Assembly: GCA_964500775.1 (NCBI GenBank) | Contig: CAZCQG010000005.1 | Span: 12,853 to 74,917, forward strand | Length of the DNA: 62,065 nt | Source: an uncultured Campylobacterales bacterium | Lineage (GTDB): Bacteria; Campylobacterota; Campylobacteria; Campylobacterales; CAZCQG01 | Reading direction: 5' to 3' | Part shown: piece after piece, positions 39,594 through 48,776 of the stretch | How the letters are laid out: each line of letters begins with the position of its first letter | How positions within the stretch are numbered: the stretch's first letter is position 1 | The notes under the pieces: model-generated | Seen by the model: only the letters and a program-made list of their open reading frames with translations | What the model was told of the DNA's origin: nothing | The model's database searches: none | Made by a program: the position numbers and the translations under genes

Positions 39594-41532
39594 ATGGAAA
39601 AAATCAGCACTCAAATATTTCTAGGTCGTTTTCGTGGAGTGGGGCTATTTTTCTCTCTCTTCATTATCCTCTCATTTATCATTAGAACGACTCTTTTACT
39701 CTATTCTTTCGATGCACTCTCTGTCTCTATTTTTGCGATTTTGAAAATATATGCGGTCGGTCTATTTTTCGATATACAAGCCGCTAGTTTTTTTGCCCTC
39801 CCCTTTGTAGCGTATCTCATACTCATCCCCGACAAGATTTTCAATCATCCCATCCACAGATACATAAACTATTTTTTCTATTTTTGCGTCATCACCTCTC
39901 TTGTATTCAGCGACTTTTCGGAGTGGTTTTTTTGGGAAGAATTTGGAGTAAGGTTTAATTTTATCGCCGTTGATTATCTCATCTACACGCACGAAGTGAT
40001 CGGAAATATTCGAGAATCTTATCCGCTCCCAAGCTTATTGTCGGCAGTCGGGATTCTCTCGGGCATTATATTTTGGATTATCCTAAAAACGGGGGGGGTT
40101 GAAAATAGCGTTTGCGTCTCGTAGCGATATTGTATGGAGAGCAAAAAAAGGCGCTATTTTTATAGCATTACCTCTAACTTTTTTCTTTTTGTTTGACCAA
40201 GATATGATAAATGTTTCCGATAATCGTTTCAACAACGAGCTTAGCAAAAATGGAATCTACTCCCTTTTTTCCGCTTTTAGAAATAATAAATTGGATTACG
40301 ATGCTTTTTACCTCTCCAATCCGATAGAAGAATCCATCGGAATCGTAAGAAGCGAAGTCGCTACGAAAAACAGTAGATTTTTGGATAACAAAACTACACT
40401 TAGGGAAATCAAGGATTCTGCTTCGGAAACACCTCGAAATATCTTACTTATCACCGTAGAGAGCTTAAGCGCAGAGTATCTAGGGGTTTTTGGAAATAAA
40501 GAGCATCTTACACCGAATTTAGACGCGCTAGCTTCCAAAAGTTTACTTTTCGACAATTTCTACGCGACGGGGACTAGGACGGTCAGAGGGATGGAGGCGT
40601 TGATGCTAAGCATCCCTCCTACGCCGGGTAGAAGCATAGTGAAAAGACCCGATAACGAGGGTTTATTTACTATCGGAAGCGTGTTGCAAAAACGGGGATA
40701 TGATAATAAGTTTATTTATGGAGGGCACGGCTATTTTGACAATATGAATGCATTTTTTGAAGGCAACGGCTTTAAAGCGATAGATAGACTTGACTTTGAA
40801 GCAGACGAGGTTGCGTTTGAAAATATTTGGGGGGTTTGCGACGAAGACCTTTTTGCCAAAACTATTAAAGAGGCGGATAAAAGTTTCAAAGAAAACAAAC
40901 CGTTTTTTAGCTTTGTAATGACCACCTCCAACCACCGCCCCTACACCTATCCCGAAGGAAAAATAGACATCCCTTCCCATAGCGGGAGAAACGGCGCGGT
41001 CAAATACACGGATTACGCCATAGGGAAGTTTATAGAGAGCGCCAAGACGAAACCTTGGTTTGACAATACCCTTATCGTCATAGTAGCGGACCATTGTGCA
41101 GGAAGTGCGGGAAAGACGGAACTGCCCGTACAAAAATACCATATCCCCCTCATCGTCTTCAACCCAAAACTCATTTCCCCTCAAAAAATAGAGACGTTAA
41201 GCAGCCAAATAGACGTAGCTCCGACCCTTTTTGGATTGATGCACTTGAGTTATGTTAGCAGATTTTTCGGTCATGATATTTTGGATAGATCCGACACAAA
41301 AGAGCGCGCTTTTATAAGTAACTACCAAAAACTCGGGCTTTTAAACAAAGATAAGCTAGCAATCTTAAGCCCTGAATTCAAAAGTAGTTTTTACGATATA
41401 AATCTCACGAATGGCTCTATGAAAAGCGCTCAAACGGAAAATAGGTTGCTCTCTAGAGCCATAGCCGACTATCAGACGGCAGACTACTTGTATCAAAACA
41501 AACAATACGATGCGCAGATAAAAAGCCTCTAA
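39594..41532 (+). pseudogene. LTA synthase / phosphoglycerol transferase (sulfatase family), split by a frameshift at a G8 tract
   Basis: ORF1 (39594-40124) carries TM helices and EEFGVRFNFIAVDYL. ORF2 (40099-41532) carries ITVESLS, TRTVRG, TTSNH and VADH. G8 at 40091-40098; removing one G gives a single 645 aa frame. Confidence 0.85.
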
Positions 41533-41545
41533 GGGTACACGACTA

Positions 41546-41645
41546 CACGTTATAACACTTTTGTAATACTCAAAGATTAGATTCCCACCCTCGCTTTTCA
41601 TCGGTGCGGCATTTATCACGATCACTTCGATGCGGGCATTGCAAA
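41546..41645 (+). repeat. Decayed direct copy of the MCP promoter/5' region (42855-43048)
   Basis: 34/36 identity 41546-41581 vs 42855-42890; 15 bp identity 41590-41604 vs 42978-42992; 40 bp identity 41606-41645 vs 43009-43048. Confidence 0.9.
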
Positions 41646-41653
41646 AAAGGTGT

Positions 41654-41731
41654 AGTATCTAAAATAAAATACTTTTGGTATTGACTAATTAAAATATTTC
41701 TGACATACTAGGAGTATCTAAAATAAAATAC
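41654..41731 (+). repeat. 19 bp direct repeat upstream of the ATPase
   Basis: AGTATCTAAAATAAAATAC at 41654-41672 and 41713-41731. Confidence 0.85.
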
Positions 41732-41743
41732 CAAAGGGATTCT

Positions 41744-42814
41744 ATGAACTCACCGTTTCCTTATGATAGACTACCTACCAAAGAGGAGTTTTTCGGGCGA
41801 ACAGAGGAGCTAACGAAGCTCTCGCGATTTACCGACCACTCCAACAATCTCCTCGTCCACTCCAAAAGGCGTATGGGCAAAAGCGCACTTATCCGCACAT
41901 TTTTCGCCCAAATATCTAGCCCCGCCCTTTGTATCTATGCCGATATTTTCGACATCGCTTCCAAAGAGGATTTTGCGCGTACGCTCCTCAAAGCCCTCTC
42001 CAATGCGCAAAAAGGGGATTTGAAATCGAATATCAAAAAACTCGCATCGCTTTTTAAACGCGTGCGCCTTGAACCCTCTATCGACGCAAATACACTTGAA
42101 TATTCTATCAAGCCCATCGTGACGACGCTCTCGTTTGAGCAGATGATGGAGGATTTTTTCGGCACCCTTAGCGAACTATCAAAAAGTCAAAAAATCATCC
42201 TAGCCATCGATGAATTTCAGCAAATAGATACCCTAACCGACATCAAACTCGATGCGTTTTTACGCCCCCATATCCAAAACCGCGTCAATATCTCTTATAT
42301 TTTTCTAGGCTCCAAACGCCATCTCCTTACCTCGCTTTTTGAATACAAATCCCCGCTATATGAGCTTGCCACCCATTTTGAGTTGGGCGCATTGAAAATA
42401 GATGATATTTACGCCTACGCGAAAAAGCACATCGACATCACTTATGAACAGTGCGAGTACATCTATACTCGAAGCGATGGGGAGACACGGATGATACAAA
42501 ACATCTTGCACCTACTCTACCTCGACAAAACGACCCGTATCGACGATGCGATAGAGGAGACCATCGCCTCTAAAGATGCGAGCTATCGGATGCTCTTTGA
42601 CACATTAGCCAACAACCAAAAAATCGCCCTTAAGATCGTCGGCAAAAATAAAAGTGGATTCTTTGCCCAAGAGGTGCTAAACGACTACAACATCAAAAAA
42701 CAGACGCTCCAATCTGCCCTTGACACCCTTTTTAAAAAAGAGCTTATCGACAAAGACGGCGAGGGGTATTTTATCCCCGATAGAACGCTAGAGCTATGGG
42801 TAGCGAGGCTTTAG
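41744..42814 (+). CDS. Archaeal-type AAA/STAND-like ATPase with C-terminal winged helix
   Basis: FFGRTEEL, Walker A variant SKRRMGKS, Walker B ILAIDEFQ, IFLGS; HTH-like tail ALDTLFKKELI....YFI.D. Confidence 0.8.
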   Translation: MNSPFPYDRLPTKEEFFGRTEELTKLSRFTDHSNNLLVHSKRRMGKSALIRTFFAQISSPALCIYADIFDIASKEDFARTLLKALSNAQKGDLKSNIKKLASLFKRVRLEPSIDANTLEYSIKPIVTTLSFEQMMEDFFGTLSELSKSQKIILAIDEFQQIDTLTDIKLDAFLRPHIQNRVNISYIFLGSKRHLLTSLFEYKSPLYELATHFELGALKIDDIYAYAKKHIDITYEQCEYIYTRSDGETRMIQNILHLLYLDKTTRIDDAIEETIASKDASYRMLFDTLANNQKIALKIVGKNKSGFFAQEVLNDYNIKKQTLQSALDTLFKKELIDKDGEGYFIPDRTLELWVARL

Positions 42815-42939
42815 AGGCGCTACCTCGCTAAGACCCGTACTTTGTGACCAAAATCACGTTATAACACTTTTGTAATACTTCAAGATTAGAATCACCGATA
42901 TTTTCCCACTTTTCGCATATCAAATCTCGGGAGTATCTA

Positions 42940-44583
42940 TTGAAGAATCTAACGATCAAACTACGGCTTATCCTCCTCTCGCTTTTCATCGGCGCAGGCG
43001 TCATCGGGGCGGCATTTATCACGATCACTTCGATGCGGGCATTGCAAAGCGAGTACGACGCTACGCTAGAGCTTAGCAGGAGTATAGAGAGTATCTCGCT
43101 CCTCATAGAGAGCGGAGAGCTCGTCAATAACTCAGTACAAGTCTATGTAAACAACTCCATCGAAATGGAAGCTGTAAAGCGCATCAAAGAGGGGCTGGAC
43201 GGATTTATAAAAAGTTCGTCAGATTTGGAAAAGCGGGATGCGGATTTGGTGAAAAAACTCGAATCCGACGCAAAAGCGTTTTTGACAAAAGGGGAAGAGC
43301 TATACAAAAAAGCGAACGATATAGGCTTTTTGCCTCAAAGCGACGGGGGAAGTATGGCGGAGGCGTGGAGCAAGGTAAAAACGGTCTTGGGTGAAATAAA
43401 AAAGGAGAAAGAGAACAAGATAAAAGAGGATGAGGTCTTATACGGCGAGCACCTCACGAAAACCGCCCTCATCATCCTCGCAGGACTGTTCGCGATTTTG
43501 GTCATCACTGTTTTGACGAGCTTTACGATAGTTAGAAGGATTATAAAAGAGATACGAAAATTTCAAAACGGTCTTATCGGATTCTTCGGATTCCTCAATC
43601 ACACCTCAAAAGAAGCCGCCCTTTTGGATGATAGCGCAAGAGATGAACTCGGCGCTATGGCAAAAGTGGTCAATGAGAATCTCCGTCACGTCCAAGAAGG
43701 GGTGAAGGTAGATGAGAGTTTTATACGCGATGTCGATAGATTTGCCAAAGAACTCGGAAACGGGAATTTTCAAACAAAAATAGAGCTAAGCGCGAGCAAT
43801 CCCTCTTTGCAAAGTCTCAAAGAGACGCTCATCACGGTACAAAAAGACCTCGAAAAAAATATCGCGCAAGACCTCAACAAACTCCTCTCCGTACTTGCGG
43901 AATTTACCGACAACAACTATAAGCCAAAGATAGCAAACGACGCGGGGAAGGTCGCAGAATCTATCAACCATCTCGGAGACGCTCTTGGTGCGATGCTGCG
44001 ACTCAACGCTCAAAACGCCGAGACCCTCTCTTCAAAATCGAATTTTCTCAAAGTAAAGATGGATGACCTAAGCGATGCGACCATAAAACAATCCGCCTCT
44101 ATCGAGCAGACAAGCACCACTATGGATAAAATGCGCGAAAGCATCCAAGATACCAACCAAAAATCAAGTCATCTTTTAGAGCAAACTACTAGCATCAAAG
44201 AGGTAGTAAGCATCATAAACGACATCGCCGATCAGACCAATCTCCTCGCGCTCAACGCCGCGATAGAGGCTGCGCGCGCGGGTGAGCACGGCAGAGGATT
44301 TGCCGTAGTCGCCGACGAGGTACGTAAACTCGCCGAAAAAACCCAACGAAGCCTCTCTGACATCTACGCCAACGTCAATCTCCTCACGCAATCCATCGAA
44401 GAGATAGTGGGGGAGATAAACGAACAAAGTACCTCCATCACCGAAGTAAACGACGCAATAGTCGAAATCGATAGCGCGATACAAGACAATGCCAAAATCG
44501 TAGAAGAGCTAAACAGCACCGCAAAAGAGGTGGATGACATATCTCAAACGATGTCAAACGAGGTGAAAAAAAGTAAGTTTTAA
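42940..44583 (+). CDS. Methyl-accepting chemotaxis protein
   Basis: Two TM segments, [45 protein letters not shown] start with GGAG. Confidence 0.96.
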   Translation: MKNLTIKLRLILLSLFIGAGVIGAAFITITSMRALQSEYDATLELSRSIESISLLIESGELVNNSVQVYVNNSIEMEAVKRIKEGLDGFIKSSSDLEKRDADLVKKLESDAKAFLTKGEELYKKANDIGFLPQSDGGSMAEAWSKVKTVLGEIKKEKENKIKEDEVLYGEHLTKTALIILAGLFAILVITVLTSFTIVRRIIKEIRKFQNGLIGFFGFLNHTSKEAALLDDSARDELGAMAKVVNENLRHVQEGVKVDESFIRDVDRFAKELGNGNFQTKIELSASNPSLQSLKETLITVQKDLEKNIAQDLNKLLSVLAEFTDNNYKPKIANDAGKVAESINHLGDALGAMLRLNAQNAETLSSKSNFLKVKMDDLSDATIKQSASIEQTSTTMDKMRESIQDTNQKSSHLLEQTTSIKEVVSIINDIADQTNLLALNAAIEAARAGEHGRGFAVVADEVRKLAEKTQRSLSDIYANVNLLTQSIEEIVGEINEQSTSITEVNDAIVEIDSAIQDNAKIVEELNSTAKEVDDISQTMSNEVKKSKF

Positions 44584-44651
44584 AACCTCGACTCTGCTTG
44601 CGATAATTTAATCAAGATGGTATACACTTTTGAAAAAATATCGGAGCGAGC

Positions 44652-45212
44652 GTGAAAGAGGGAAAAGACACGAGAGAAAAGATACTCGATGTAGCTTTTG
44701 AGGAGTTTTATACCAACGGCTACAACGGGACGGGGCTCAATACGATTCTCGAAAAGGCGGGGATACAAAAAGGGTCGCTCTACCATTTTTTCGCCTCAAA
44801 AAAAGAACTCGGACTCGCGGTGATAAACGAACGAATCACGAATAGATTTAAATCTCGCTACGGAAACTTCCCCGCGTCTGCAAAGCCCTTGGAATCGCTT
44901 CTCGTCTTTCTATCCGATCCAAATAATTTCGATATGCAACGCGGCTGCCCGTTGGGGAAGCTCATAAACGAGCTCTCCAACACCGACAAAGATTTTGAAA
45001 AAGCCCTTTTGGAAGTATATGAGGGCTACGAAGCGCTCATACAAGAATCTTTGGAATCCGCAATAATCAAAGGCGAACTCAAACCCTGCGATACCAAAAC
45101 CCTCGCTACCTTCATAGGCTGCGTCATAGCGGGCACTATCCAACGCGCGAAACTCGGCAACGACGAGGCGATATTCAAAGAAAACGTACAAATCCTCAAA
45201 AACCTCCTCTAA
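44652..45212 (+). CDS. TetR/AcrR family regulator
   Basis: FYTNGYNGTGLNTIL..AGIQKGSLYHFFASKKEL, RGCPLG (NemR-like). Confidence 0.92.
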   Translation: MKEGKDTREKILDVAFEEFYTNGYNGTGLNTILEKAGIQKGSLYHFFASKKELGLAVINERITNRFKSRYGNFPASAKPLESLLVFLSDPNNFDMQRGCPLGKLINELSNTDKDFEKALLEVYEGYEALIQESLESAIIKGELKPCDTKTLATFIGCVIAGTIQRAKLGNDEAIFKENVQILKNLL

Positions 45213-45216
45213 CTAC

Positions 45217-45267
45217 TTGACTAATCGGTCAAATTAACGCTACAATGCTTCTTGACCAATCAGTCAA
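45217..45267 (+). promoter_or_regulatory. Two palindromic operators overlapping a sigma70 promoter
   Basis: TTGACTAATCGGTCAA (45217-45232) and TTGACCAATCAGTCAA (45252-45267); TTGACT-N18-TACAAT; RBS AGGAG at 45269. Confidence 0.75.
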
Positions 45268-45280
45268 AAGGAGAAAAACG

Positions 45281-45808
45281 ATGCCATTGATAGAAACTAT
45301 ACAGCCCGAAAATGCGACGGGCAAGGTCAAAGAGCAGTACGACAGAATAAAGGAAGTAAGAGGCGCGGTAGCCAACTCGCAGATACTCTTTAGCGCAAGC
45401 CCCGAACTGCTCAAACAGCAAGTAGACTACATCGAGTACTATATGAATCACAAATCCCTCTCCCAAGAGCTACTAGCCTGTACGAGGATGCTAGTCTCGG
45501 AGCGAAATCATTGCGCATTTTGCATAGGATTTAACAGCGGAATGCTCATCAATAAATTTGGCTGGAGCGAAGCGCAAATCGCCGCGGCAAAGGAAAATCC
45601 AAGCAACGCAAACCTAAGCGAAAAAGAGAAAACAATGCTCCTCTTCACCCTCAAAGGAGTAAGCGCCCCCCACACCGTAGACCAAAACGACATAGACGCT
45701 CTCTACGCAGTAGGATACAACGACAAAGATATACTCGACGCCCTCAATCACGGGGCGCGGATGAGCGCGATTGATGCGATATTTGATGCGCTGAAGGTGG
45801 AGATGTAG
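45281..45808 (+). CDS. AhpD/CMD-like peroxidase-related protein
   Basis: VSERNHCAFCIGFN (CxxC), LSEKEKTMLLFTLK, DIDALYAVGYNDKDIL; start moved to 45281 by RBS. Confidence 0.78.
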   Translation: MPLIETIQPENATGKVKEQYDRIKEVRGAVANSQILFSASPELLKQQVDYIEYYMNHKSLSQELLACTRMLVSERNHCAFCIGFNSGMLINKFGWSEAQIAAAKENPSNANLSEKEKTMLLFTLKGVSAPHTVDQNDIDALYAVGYNDKDILDALNHGARMSAIDAIFDALKVEM

Positions 45809-45851
45809 TTTGAATCTGTTACAATAAATCATTTTGTATACAGGACAAACA

Positions 45852-46271
45852 ATGACCCAAGATATTCGCTGGATTCAAAGATTTGCAAACTACAAAAAAG
45901 CCTTTGCGCAGCTCAAAGAAGCAGTGGAATTGTCCGAAGAGAGGGAGCTTTCCAATCTTGAAAAGCAGGGGTTGATACAGGCTTTTGAGTATACGCATGA
46001 GTTGGCTTGGAAGAGTCTCAAAGATTTTTTGGAGAGCAAGGGAGCGGGGAAGCTTTATGGCTCAAAAGATACGACGAGAGAGGCTTTCAAGCTTGGAATC
46101 ATAGAGGACGGCGAGACGTGGATGGCTATGATCGTGAGCCGCAACGAGACTTCGCACGTCTATGACGAAGAGCGAGTGGAAGCGATAGCCGAGGTGATTT
46201 GCGGGAGCTATTTTTTTGCTTTTGGAGCGCTTTTGGCGAGGCTTGAAACATTGGAGAGTGAAGAAGCGTGA
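45852..46271 (+). CDS. HEPN-domain protein (HI0074 nucleotidyltransferase substrate-binding family)
   Basis: RWIQRFANYKKA, GLIQAFEYTHELAWK, RNETSH (Rx4H). Confidence 0.9.
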   Translation: MTQDIRWIQRFANYKKAFAQLKEAVELSEERELSNLEKQGLIQAFEYTHELAWKSLKDFLESKGAGKLYGSKDTTREAFKLGIIEDGETWMAMIVSRNETSHVYDEERVEAIAEVICGSYFFAFGALLARLETLESEEA

Positions 46272-46570
46272 GATTCGGACTTGAAGAATCGGCGATTGCA
46301 AAGATATGCGAAGTCTTCGCAAAGTACGCAAATATCAAAGAGGTCAGAATCTACGGCTCCCGCGTCAAAGGCAACTACAAAAACGGCTCTGATATAGACT
46401 TGACGATCTACAGCACAAAGCCCGATACAAACGAACTCACAAAGATAAAAATCGAAATAGACGAACTTATGCTCCCTTACGGCGTGGATTTGAATGCTTA
46501 CGATTCTATAAAGAACGAGGCGCTGCGCGAACACATCGACAGGGTCGGAAAAATATTTTACCAAGGATAG
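46268..46570 (+). CDS. Minimal nucleotidyltransferase (MNT)
   Basis: IYGSRVKGNYKNGSDIDL, LPYGVDL, LREHIDRVG; GTGA overlap with the HEPN gene. Confidence 0.92.
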   Translation: MRFGLEESAIAKICEVFAKYANIKEVRIYGSRVKGNYKNGSDIDLTIYSTKPDTNELTKIKIEIDELMLPYGVDLNAYDSIKNEALREHIDRVGKIFYQG

Positions 46571-46573
46571 CAA

Positions 46574-46897
46574 ATGGGCAAGGTATATCTTGTTTTAGCA
46601 GTTGTCGGATTCATCGCCCCTTATGCGATCTTTTTTATGTGGCTGGCGGAATACGGGTTTGATTTTGCTTTGTTTGTACAAGAGATATTTGGAAGCAAGT
46701 TAGCTCTTTTTGCGTGGGTAGATGTCGTTATTTCGGCGCTTGGACTTGTCGCTTTTATCCTGTATGAAGGGCGAGCGCGAGGGATGGGGCGGCTTTGGAT
46801 TCCTATAGTCGGGACGTTGTGCGTGGGGGTGTCGTTTGGGTTGCCGCTGTTTTTATATATGCGGGAGTGCAAAAAGAGTACAGACAAGTTTTCTTAG
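46574..46897 (+). CDS. DUF2834-like small membrane protein
   Basis: YLVLAVVGFIAPY, FAWVDVVISA, VGVSFGLPLFLYMRE. Confidence 0.75.
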   Translation: MGKVYLVLAVVGFIAPYAIFFMWLAEYGFDFALFVQEIFGSKLALFAWVDVVISALGLVAFILYEGRARGMGRLWIPIVGTLCVGVSFGLPLFLYMRECKKSTDKFS

Positions 46898-46957
46898 TCA
46901 AAAATAGCCTCTAAGTTTTTGGTATAATGCACGAAGTTTCACTACAAGGATTTTATA

Positions 46958-47203
46958 ATGCAAACATTGACCGTTAATATCCAAGATAATTTTGTTGAAG
47001 ATTTTTTAACCATCATTGAACACTATAAAGATAAAATTCAAATTCAAAAAGATAAAAATTTAGAGTATGATCCATATTTTTATGAAAGACAAAAACAACT
47101 TCAGCAAGATATAGAAGAGATTGATAGCGGAAAAACCACTATGATAAACAATGAAGATTTTTGGAAGGATATTGATACTTTTACAAAGTCGTTACAAAAA
47201 TAG
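46958..47203 (+). CDS. Putative antitoxin
   Basis: Acidic 81 aa, AT-rich, directly upstream of a ParE-like toxin; TGGTATAAT extended -10 at 46920-46928. Confidence 0.7.
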   Translation: MQTLTVNIQDNFVEDFLTIIEHYKDKIQIQKDKNLEYDPYFYERQKQLQQDIEEIDSGKTTMINNEDFWKDIDTFTKSLQK

Positions 47204-47484
47204 TGACAATTATACATAAGCCGACTTTTTCAAGGCAATTAAAGCAGATTCTTGAATATATAGCGCAGGATAAACCTAGCGCAAGTATGAAATTTAAAAA
47301 TGAACTAAAAGAGAGTATAGAGTTAATTCTCGATAATCCAACAATGTATGCAGAATCACGATACTTCAATGATAAAAATATAAGAGATATGGTTTACAAA
47401 GGTTACACTATAGTTTATCGAATAAGACCGACTAAAAATGAGATAGAAATTTTGAGAATATTTAATAAAAATAAACCCTCATAG
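47203..47484 (+). CDS. RelE/ParE family toxin
   Basis: ILEYIAQDKPSAS..F, LILDNP, IRDMVYKGYTIVYRI, EILRIF. Confidence 0.85.
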   Translation: MTIIHKPTFSRQLKQILEYIAQDKPSASMKFKNELKESIELILDNPTMYAESRYFNDKNIRDMVYKGYTIVYRIRPTKNEIEILRIFNKNKPS

Positions 47485-47541
47485 TAAGGCGGATACAACA
47501 AATCGGCGGTACATTAAGATGTCTGCAAAAAGAGAACAGAA

Positions 47542-47958
47542 ATGAAAGCTTCGGAATATCTCATCTCACCCGACAAATCAAAACTCGATATACAAACGAT
47601 ACACGACTATCTAGCAAATCGCTCCTACTGGGCGAAGGGAAGGAGCTTGGAGCAGGTGGAGCGGAGCATCAAAAATTCGTTTTGCTTCGGCGTATATGAC
47701 AGTGAGGAGAAGCAGTGCGGATTCGCGCGGGTCGTGAGCGATTTGTCGGTGTTTGCGTATATCATGGATGTCTTTATCCTCGAATCATACAGGGGGCAAG
47801 GGCTGGGGAAGATGCTAGTGGCGCACATATTGAATGACGAGACGTTTAAACACGTGATGCGTTGGAATCTCGATACGTTGGATGCGCATGCACTCTATAG
47901 ACAATTCGGCTTTGACAAACCGCGATTTCCCGATAGGGCGATGCAGAAGTTTAAATAA
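47542..47958 (+). CDS. GNAT family acetyltransferase
   Basis: SYWAKGRS, GFARVVSD, DVFILESYRGQGLGK, DAHALYRQFGF. Confidence 0.92.
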   Translation: MKASEYLISPDKSKLDIQTIHDYLANRSYWAKGRSLEQVERSIKNSFCFGVYDSEEKQCGFARVVSDLSVFAYIMDVFILESYRGQGLGKMLVAHILNDETFKHVMRWNLDTLDAHALYRQFGFDKPRFPDRAMQKFK

Positions 47959-47984
47959 TATACTCCGATACACTTGTTTTAGAC

Positions 47985-48010
47985 AAAGAAGTGCTGTGCT
48001 CAATCGAACC
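47985..48010 (-). repeat. Degenerate copy of the ssrA 3' end (distal att site)
   Basis: AAAGAA-GT-GCTGTGC-TC-AATCGAACC versus AAAGAA-TGGTGGA-GCTGTGC-GG-AATCGAACC at 52420-52450. Confidence 0.7.
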
Positions 48011-48776
48011 AATTTTATCTAACTTCCATAAATAGGCTATTTGAAGCTATTTATTAACAAGGAAGAAATCGAAAAAGTACATTATAAAGTACATTAGTGA
48101 AATTGCTTAAACTCACTTAAGCATCTAAAGAGGCGTTGTTTATATACTAACATATTTCGGCAAAAAATGGAGCGTTTTTGTTAAAAGGCATTTTTCTATA
48201 CATAGTCCCGCTTTTTGGGCTTTTCATTTGCATTTTGTCTAGTAAAGATAACGGAATAAGAATGGCGATTATTTTTTATCAACGAGACTTATTTATCGAT
48301 AATATCGTACTTCAATAAAATATTTCCTCTATAATGTAACTTGAAATGTAACTATAATTTAGTAGCAACTTTTGAAAAGAGTTTTGTAAAAATGTTACTT
48401 CGCTAAGGTTTGCAAGATACCCCGATTTGATTCTAGACTCGGGGGTGGTACCCGTTTAAGTTTTCTCCTTGAGCGATTCTTTGGTATGTTTTGAAAACCA
48501 TTGTTTCATAACTTTTCTATCCTCTTTTTGATGCTTTTCAAATACTTTTTTGCCATTTAAGGTTATTTATCCTTAAAGTGGTGATTTCTAGCTAAATCTC
48601 TTAAGCTTAGAGTGTAAAAGTGCTATTTCATAGAGTAAACTTAAGTTATTGAATTAGTTAGATTATATTATTAAAATCTTCATTTAGGTTTTGGAGGGTA
48701 TCGGCTACCCCCCCCCTCATTTCACGGTCGAAATTATGGCTTTGGGTTAAATACCCCCAAAAATCCGTACCCAATA

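Noticed and set aside
42873-42901. Sigma28 promoter for the MCP (CCGATAT at 42895-42901)
   Set aside because: Only the -10-like part is present; no correctly spaced -35 could be identified
47485-47541. attC-like start (TACAACAAATCG) between the ParE-like toxin and the GNAT gene
   Set aside because: No matching GTTRRRY end or paired L/R boxes, and no integron integrase in the window
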